Positions 60,169-64,000 of a stretch of 64,000 nt of DNA are shown piece by piece (position 1 is the stretch's first letter; each line of letters begins with the position of its first letter). The DNA comes from an uncultured Bradyrhizobium sp. GTDB lineage: Bacteria > Pseudomonadota > Alphaproteobacteria > Rhizobiales > Xanthobacteraceae. A program made the translations under genes and the position numbers. The notes below the pieces were generated by a model. The model ran no database searches. It saw nothing but the letters and a program-made list of their open reading frames with translations, and was not told the origin of the DNA. The stretch is from positions 225,191 through 289,190 of the forward strand of contig CAYREH010000002.1 in the NCBI GenBank assembly GCA_964423245.1. Reading direction: 5' to 3'.

Positions 60169-61041
60169 ATGGTCATGGCGTTGTTGCGAACCACGCTCTT
60201 GAAGATGGAACCGGCAGGGACCCTGCAGTCGCTCGACGAACTGTTCGCGCTCGCCAATGCGATGGAGCAGGAAGCCGCCACCAAATACGGGGAACTCGCC
60301 GAAGAGATGCGACGTCAGGACCGTTTCGACCTGCTGACGGTATTCTCCGATCTGGCGGCGGCGGAATGCGAACACGTCGACAGCGTGCAGCGTTGGTCGC
60401 AGTCGCGGCGCGGCAAGCTGCCGGACCCCGCCCTCGTCCGCTGGGAAGCTCCCGAGACCTTCGACCGCGACGCCACGGCCGAAATCAAGGCTTCGAAGCT
60501 GATGACGCCGTATCGCGCGCTGGCGATAGCGGTCCGCAACGAGGAGCGCGCCTTCGCGTTCTGGTCGTACTTGGCGGCGTTCGCCGACGATCCCGAGATC
60601 AAGAAGGCCGCGGAGGCGATGGCCGGCGAGGAGCTCGGGCACGTGGCCATCCTGCGCAAGGCGCGCCGGCGGGCCTACCGGCAAGAACCTGATGCGGCAC
60701 GCCCGGGCGAGGCGCTGGCAGGACGAATCGATGCCGGCGCCCTGGAGCGCAGGATGGCCAGCCGCCTTGAGCAATTGGAAGGCGCCCTCGATCCGCTGCA
60801 GGCCGCAAGGATTCGCGAACTCGCGGACGAAGCGCTGTCGATGTCGGGACAGGCGGATGGATTTGGGCGATTTCCAGCCGGCCTGGAGCAGCGAGATGCC
60901 GAGACGATCGCCGAGGCGCTGACGGATGCCTATCTCGAGGGCGCGGAGGCACCCGATAGCGCGGCACACCTGGAAATTCTCCAGGCTCTCGCCGGCCGTT
61001 CGATAGCCCGTCTTGCGTGGCTTCGATCTTTATCCGCGTGA
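60169..61041 (+). CDS. Ferritin/rubrerythrin-like di-iron protein with C-terminal extension
   Basis: AMEQEA..Y, ECEH, EERAF, EELGH. Confidence 0.85.
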   Translation: MVMALLRTTLLKMEPAGTLQSLDELFALANAMEQEAATKYGELAEEMRRQDRFDLLTVFSDLAAAECEHVDSVQRWSQSRRGKLPDPALVRWEAPETFDRDATAEIKASKLMTPYRALAIAVRNEERAFAFWSYLAAFADDPEIKKAAEAMAGEELGHVAILRKARRRAYRQEPDAARPGEALAGRIDAGALERRMASRLEQLEGALDPLQAARIRELADEALSMSGQADGFGRFPAGLEQRDAETIAEALTDAYLEGAEAPDSAAHLEILQALAGRSIARLAWLRSLSA

Positions 61042-61084
61042 CGAAAGAATATTTCGCGGGAAAGGCCGCCGGGGAGCGACCGCT

Positions 61085-61366
61085 TCAATCCTTCGCGTCG
61101 ATCGATGCCGTACACTCGGGACATTGACCGTCGGCGGCTTCGCCGAGTTGGCGAGTGAACTCTGCTCTCAAAGCTTCAGCCTTCCACGTCGTCCCGTCGC
61201 TCTTGGTGATGCGCTTGGCACGTTCGTAGGCATGACTTTCGGCCGCGTCGTCACCTACGCGGATCGTAACATGCGAGTGAAAAGGGCATGCGGCCGTGGC
61301 GCGCGTGGTCTCCAGGGCGTAGCGCACGGTCGCGCCGAGATGATTCGCGTAGTCGTTGGCCATCAT
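61085..61366 (-). CDS. Small hypothetical protein with CPFH and CPEC motifs
   Basis: GGAGG RBS; CPFH..TIRVGDDAAE.HAYERA..DG.CPEC. Confidence 0.7.
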   Translation of the reverse strand: MMANDYANHLGATVRYALETTRATAACPFHSHVTIRVGDDAAESHAYERAKRITKSDGTTWKAEALRAEFTRQLGEAADGQCPECTASIDAKD

Positions 61367-62085
61367 GCACCTCCGCTTAGACCCACCGCGGCCGTCCATC
61401 GAGACTTCGGCGACGTTGGCCACAGCCTCCGGAGATGTAACTAACCGGCCGGGAGGAACTGCGTTCCCGGCGCCCAAGGCCCGCCATGGTCGCCGCCGCG
61501 TAGATTCCATGGGCCCGATGGGAGCATTGCCTCATTGCAGGTAGGCGGCGAACGGCGGCAGCGGATCCAAAGATACTCTCGTCGACCAGCCCGTCGGGCG
61601 GTCCATTCCAGGCGGTGGTGGCGCAATGTTCAAAGGGGCCGGTGTTGCGGGTTTGGTGCTGATAGGGGTCAGGTCACGGACGTCGCGCTCGATGGTAGGA
61701 CTGCTCGCGCTTACGGGATCTGACCGCCTGCTGCAGGGCGACACGCAAGGAGTTCCAGCGCTTGCCGCCGAAACCTTGCTGCACCCGCGCATTGGCCCGC
61801 CAAGGCTGCGGCATGTCATGAATTACCTGTCGGTGCGTGATGCTTTTCTCACGATCGCCATCATGAGCCGGCCTTTTTAGCGGAGGTGGCCTTTTTCGCC
61901 TGGATCGGAATCTTCTGAGCCATTCGGTCGCCGGTCACCTGGAAGTTGACTTGTTGCAAGGTGGCCCCGCGAATAAGCGCTAGAGTTGGAAACGTACCGA
62001 GCGGCCTTACCGTCCGTTCCGGTTGCGAGGCTCTGAACTCCTAGGCAGTCCGGAGCCTCGCCATCTATCCCATTCACGCAGTTCC

Positions 62086-62110
62086 GGAACTTGACAGATC
62101 GCTCCGCATT
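62086..62110 (+). promoter_or_regulatory. Putative EcfG promoter
   Basis: GGAAC-N16-CATT upstream of cytochrome c pair. Confidence 0.45.
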
Positions 62111-62126
62111 TCGTTAGTTCGCCTCA

Positions 62127-62855
62127 TTGCGCAGCATCGGGGTGCTCGTGCGGAAGCGGATCGTGATCGTCGGGTTAGCGTGGCTGCTCTGCATCCAGGC
62201 TTTTCCCGTCTCAGCTCAGACACCTGACCGGCCGCCCGACACGATGGCGGCTCGCGTCGAAGCGTGCACGCCGTGCCACGGCAAGCAGGGCGAAGGTACC
62301 GGCGACGTCTACTTCCCCCGCCTTGCGGGCAAGCCCGCCGGCTATCTCTACAACCAGCTTATCGCGTTCAAGAACGGCCGGCGGAAGTACCCGCCGATGA
62401 ACTATCTGCTCGAATATCTCGGCGACCCGTACCTGCAGGAGATGGCCGACTACTTCGCGGAGCAGCGTCCGCCGCTTCCCCCGCCCGCAGCGAGCGACGT
62501 CAGCAAGGAGGTCCTGCAGCACGGCCAGACCCTGGTCGGACGCGGCGATCCGGCGCGGCAGATACCGGCTTGCGGCAGTTGCCATGGACCGGGGCTCACG
62601 GGCATGGAGCCCGGCATTCCCGGTCTCCTCGGACTGCGCCCGAACTACATCAGCGCGCAGTTGGGCGCCTGGCGCTACGGCACGCGGACCGCGAAGACTC
62701 CGGACTGCATGCAGCAGGTCGCGGCACGACTTACCGAAGCCGACGTGACCGCGGTGGCGGCCTACCTCGCGAGCCGGCCCGCTCCGATCACCATCGCGCC
62801 CGCGCCCAAGGGAGCCTACGTGCTGCCCTTCGCGTGCGGCAGCGAACCGGACTGA
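62127..62855 (+). CDS. Di-heme cytochrome c4/c553
   Basis: CTPCH and CGSCH, PRLAGK..YL.NQL; start uncertain. Confidence 0.92.
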   Translation: MRSIGVLVRKRIVIVGLAWLLCIQAFPVSAQTPDRPPDTMAARVEACTPCHGKQGEGTGDVYFPRLAGKPAGYLYNQLIAFKNGRRKYPPMNYLLEYLGDPYLQEMADYFAEQRPPLPPPAASDVSKEVLQHGQTLVGRGDPARQIPACGSCHGPGLTGMEPGIPGLLGLRPNYISAQLGAWRYGTRTAKTPDCMQQVAARLTEADVTAVAAYLASRPAPITIAPAPKGAYVLPFACGSEPD

Positions 62856-62865
62856 GGAAGCGGCG

Positions 62866-64000
62866 ATGCTCTCACGCGCACGAATCCTTGGTCTTCTGCT
62901 TCCGTTGATCGCGATCTCGGCCGCGAGCGCGCAACAGACGCAACCGGCTGTTCGCAGCGATCTCGTCAAGCGTGGCGAGTATCTCGCCCGCGCCGGCGAC
63001 TGCATCGCCTGCCACACGGCTCCGGAGGGCCGCACCTTCGCCGGCGGGCGCGCGATGCCGACCCCGTTCGGCACGCTGTACTCCTCCAACATCACGCCGG
63101 ACCGCGAGACCGGCATCGGCAAGTGGACGGACGCGGACTTCTACAAGGCCATGCATACCGGCCGCTTTCCGGACGGCGGTCTGATGTATCCGGCCATGCC
63201 TTTCGCCTCCTACACCAAGGTGACCCAGGCCGACAGCGCCGCGATCTTCGCCTACCTGAAATCGATCCCGCCGGTGAACCAGACGAACCGGGAGCACGAC
63301 CTCCGCTTCCCCTACAGCAACCGCCAACTGATCCTCGGCTGGCGCACGCTCTACTTCTCCGAGGGCGAGTTCAAGCCGGACCCGTCAAAGTCCGGGGAAT
63401 GGAATCGCGGCGCCTATCTCGTCGAAGGGCTCGGCCATTGCGGGATGTGCCACTCGCCCATCAACGCGCTCGGCGGCACCTCGCAGTCCGACGCTTTCAA
63501 GGGCGGCCTGATTCCGATGCAGAACTGGTACGCGCCTTCGCTGACGTCAAACCGGGAGGCCGGACTCGGTGACTGGAGCCTCAAGGACATCACCGACCTA
63601 CTGAAGACCGGCGTTTCGGCGCGGGGCGTCGTCTACGGCCCCATGGCCGAGGTCGTGCACAACAGCCTGCAATACCTGACCGACGAAGATACAAGCGCCA
63701 TGGCGGTGTACCTGAAGAGCATCGCCGAGCCGACGTCACGGACGCCGGCGAGCGGAGCCGCTGCCCTGCCGACGACCGAGAGCAGCCTCTTGATCAGCCT
63801 CGGAAAGACCGTCTACGACGCGCGCTGCGCGAGCTGCCACGGCGCCCAGGGCGAGGGCAAGCCGCCGCACTGGCCGCCCCTCGCCAACAACCAGTCGATC
63901 GAGATGGAATCGGCCGTCAATGCGATCCGGATGGTGCTCAACGGCGGCTATCCGCCCGGCACCGAGGGCAACCCCCGCCCCTATGGCATGCCGCCGTTCG
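62866..64000 (+). CDS. Tri-heme cytochrome c (gluconate/alcohol dehydrogenase cytochrome subunit type), runs off window
   Basis: RGEYLARAGDCIACHT, CGMCH, CASCH, NITPD..TGIG; not in ORF track because no stop in window. Confidence 0.9.
   Translation, partial: MLSRARILGLLLPLIAISAASAQQTQPAVRSDLVKRGEYLARAGDCIACHTAPEGRTFAGGRAMPTPFGTLYSSNITPDRETGIGKWTDADFYKAMHTGRFPDGGLMYPAMPFASYTKVTQADSAAIFAYLKSIPPVNQTNREHDLRFPYSNRQLILGWRTLYFSEGEFKPDPSKSGEWNRGAYLVEGLGHCGMCHSPINALGGTSQSDAFKGGLIPMQNWYAPSLTSNREAGLGDWSLKDITDLLKTGVSARGVVYGPMAEVVHNSLQYLTDEDTSAMAVYLKSIAEPTSRTPASGAAALPTTESSLLISLGKTVYDARCASCHGAQGEGKPPHWPPLANNQSIEMESAVNAIRMVLNGGYPPGTEGNPRPYGMPPF

Noticed and set aside
61500..62080. Short ORFs between the hypothetical gene and cytochrome c4
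   Set aside because: No RBS, motif or coding bias evident
1..64000. Integrase, transposase, tRNA, rRNA, defence or toxin-antitoxin genes
   Set aside because: None recognised by eye; island mobility is therefore inference only

Overview
High-GC alphaproteobacterial DNA, Bradyrhizobium-like by gene families, intergenic repeats and promoter motifs (inference). 1-10.4 kb is ordinary metabolic/regulatory content (CoA ligase, VOC protein, Bug receptor, trypsin-like protease, GNAT, cNMP-binding protein, metallophosphoesterase) plus a membrane protein / winged-helix regulator / cis-prenyltransferase operon bracketed by two copies of an ACTTTG-N5-CAAAG operator. 10.5-20.6 kb is accessory and partly decayed: glycosyltransferase, PEP-CTERM protein, Crp regulator, many small ORFs and remnants. 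20.7-61 kb is a contiguous denitrification island: norEFCBQD, hemN, hemJ, nirV-nirK, nnrR, nnrS, nosRZDFYLX and cytochrome c550, interleaved with poorly characterised genes (headless TetR, methyltransferase, PAS protein, metB, DUF2249, SufT-like, ccoG, PCuAC fusion, DUF2478, two chemoreceptors, PAS-PAS-AraC, ferritin-like protein). Fourteen TTG-N8-CAA (FixK/NnrR-type) boxes, one imperfect, were read directly and several point at small ORFs missing from or buried in the ORF track. Best candidates for an undescribed system are the nnrS-to-DUF2478 cofactor/copper module, the operon divergent from norE, and the regulated prenyltransferase operon. No rRNA, tRNA, CRISPR, integrase or transposase was recognised. 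All family calls are from motif recognition by eye, not database searches.
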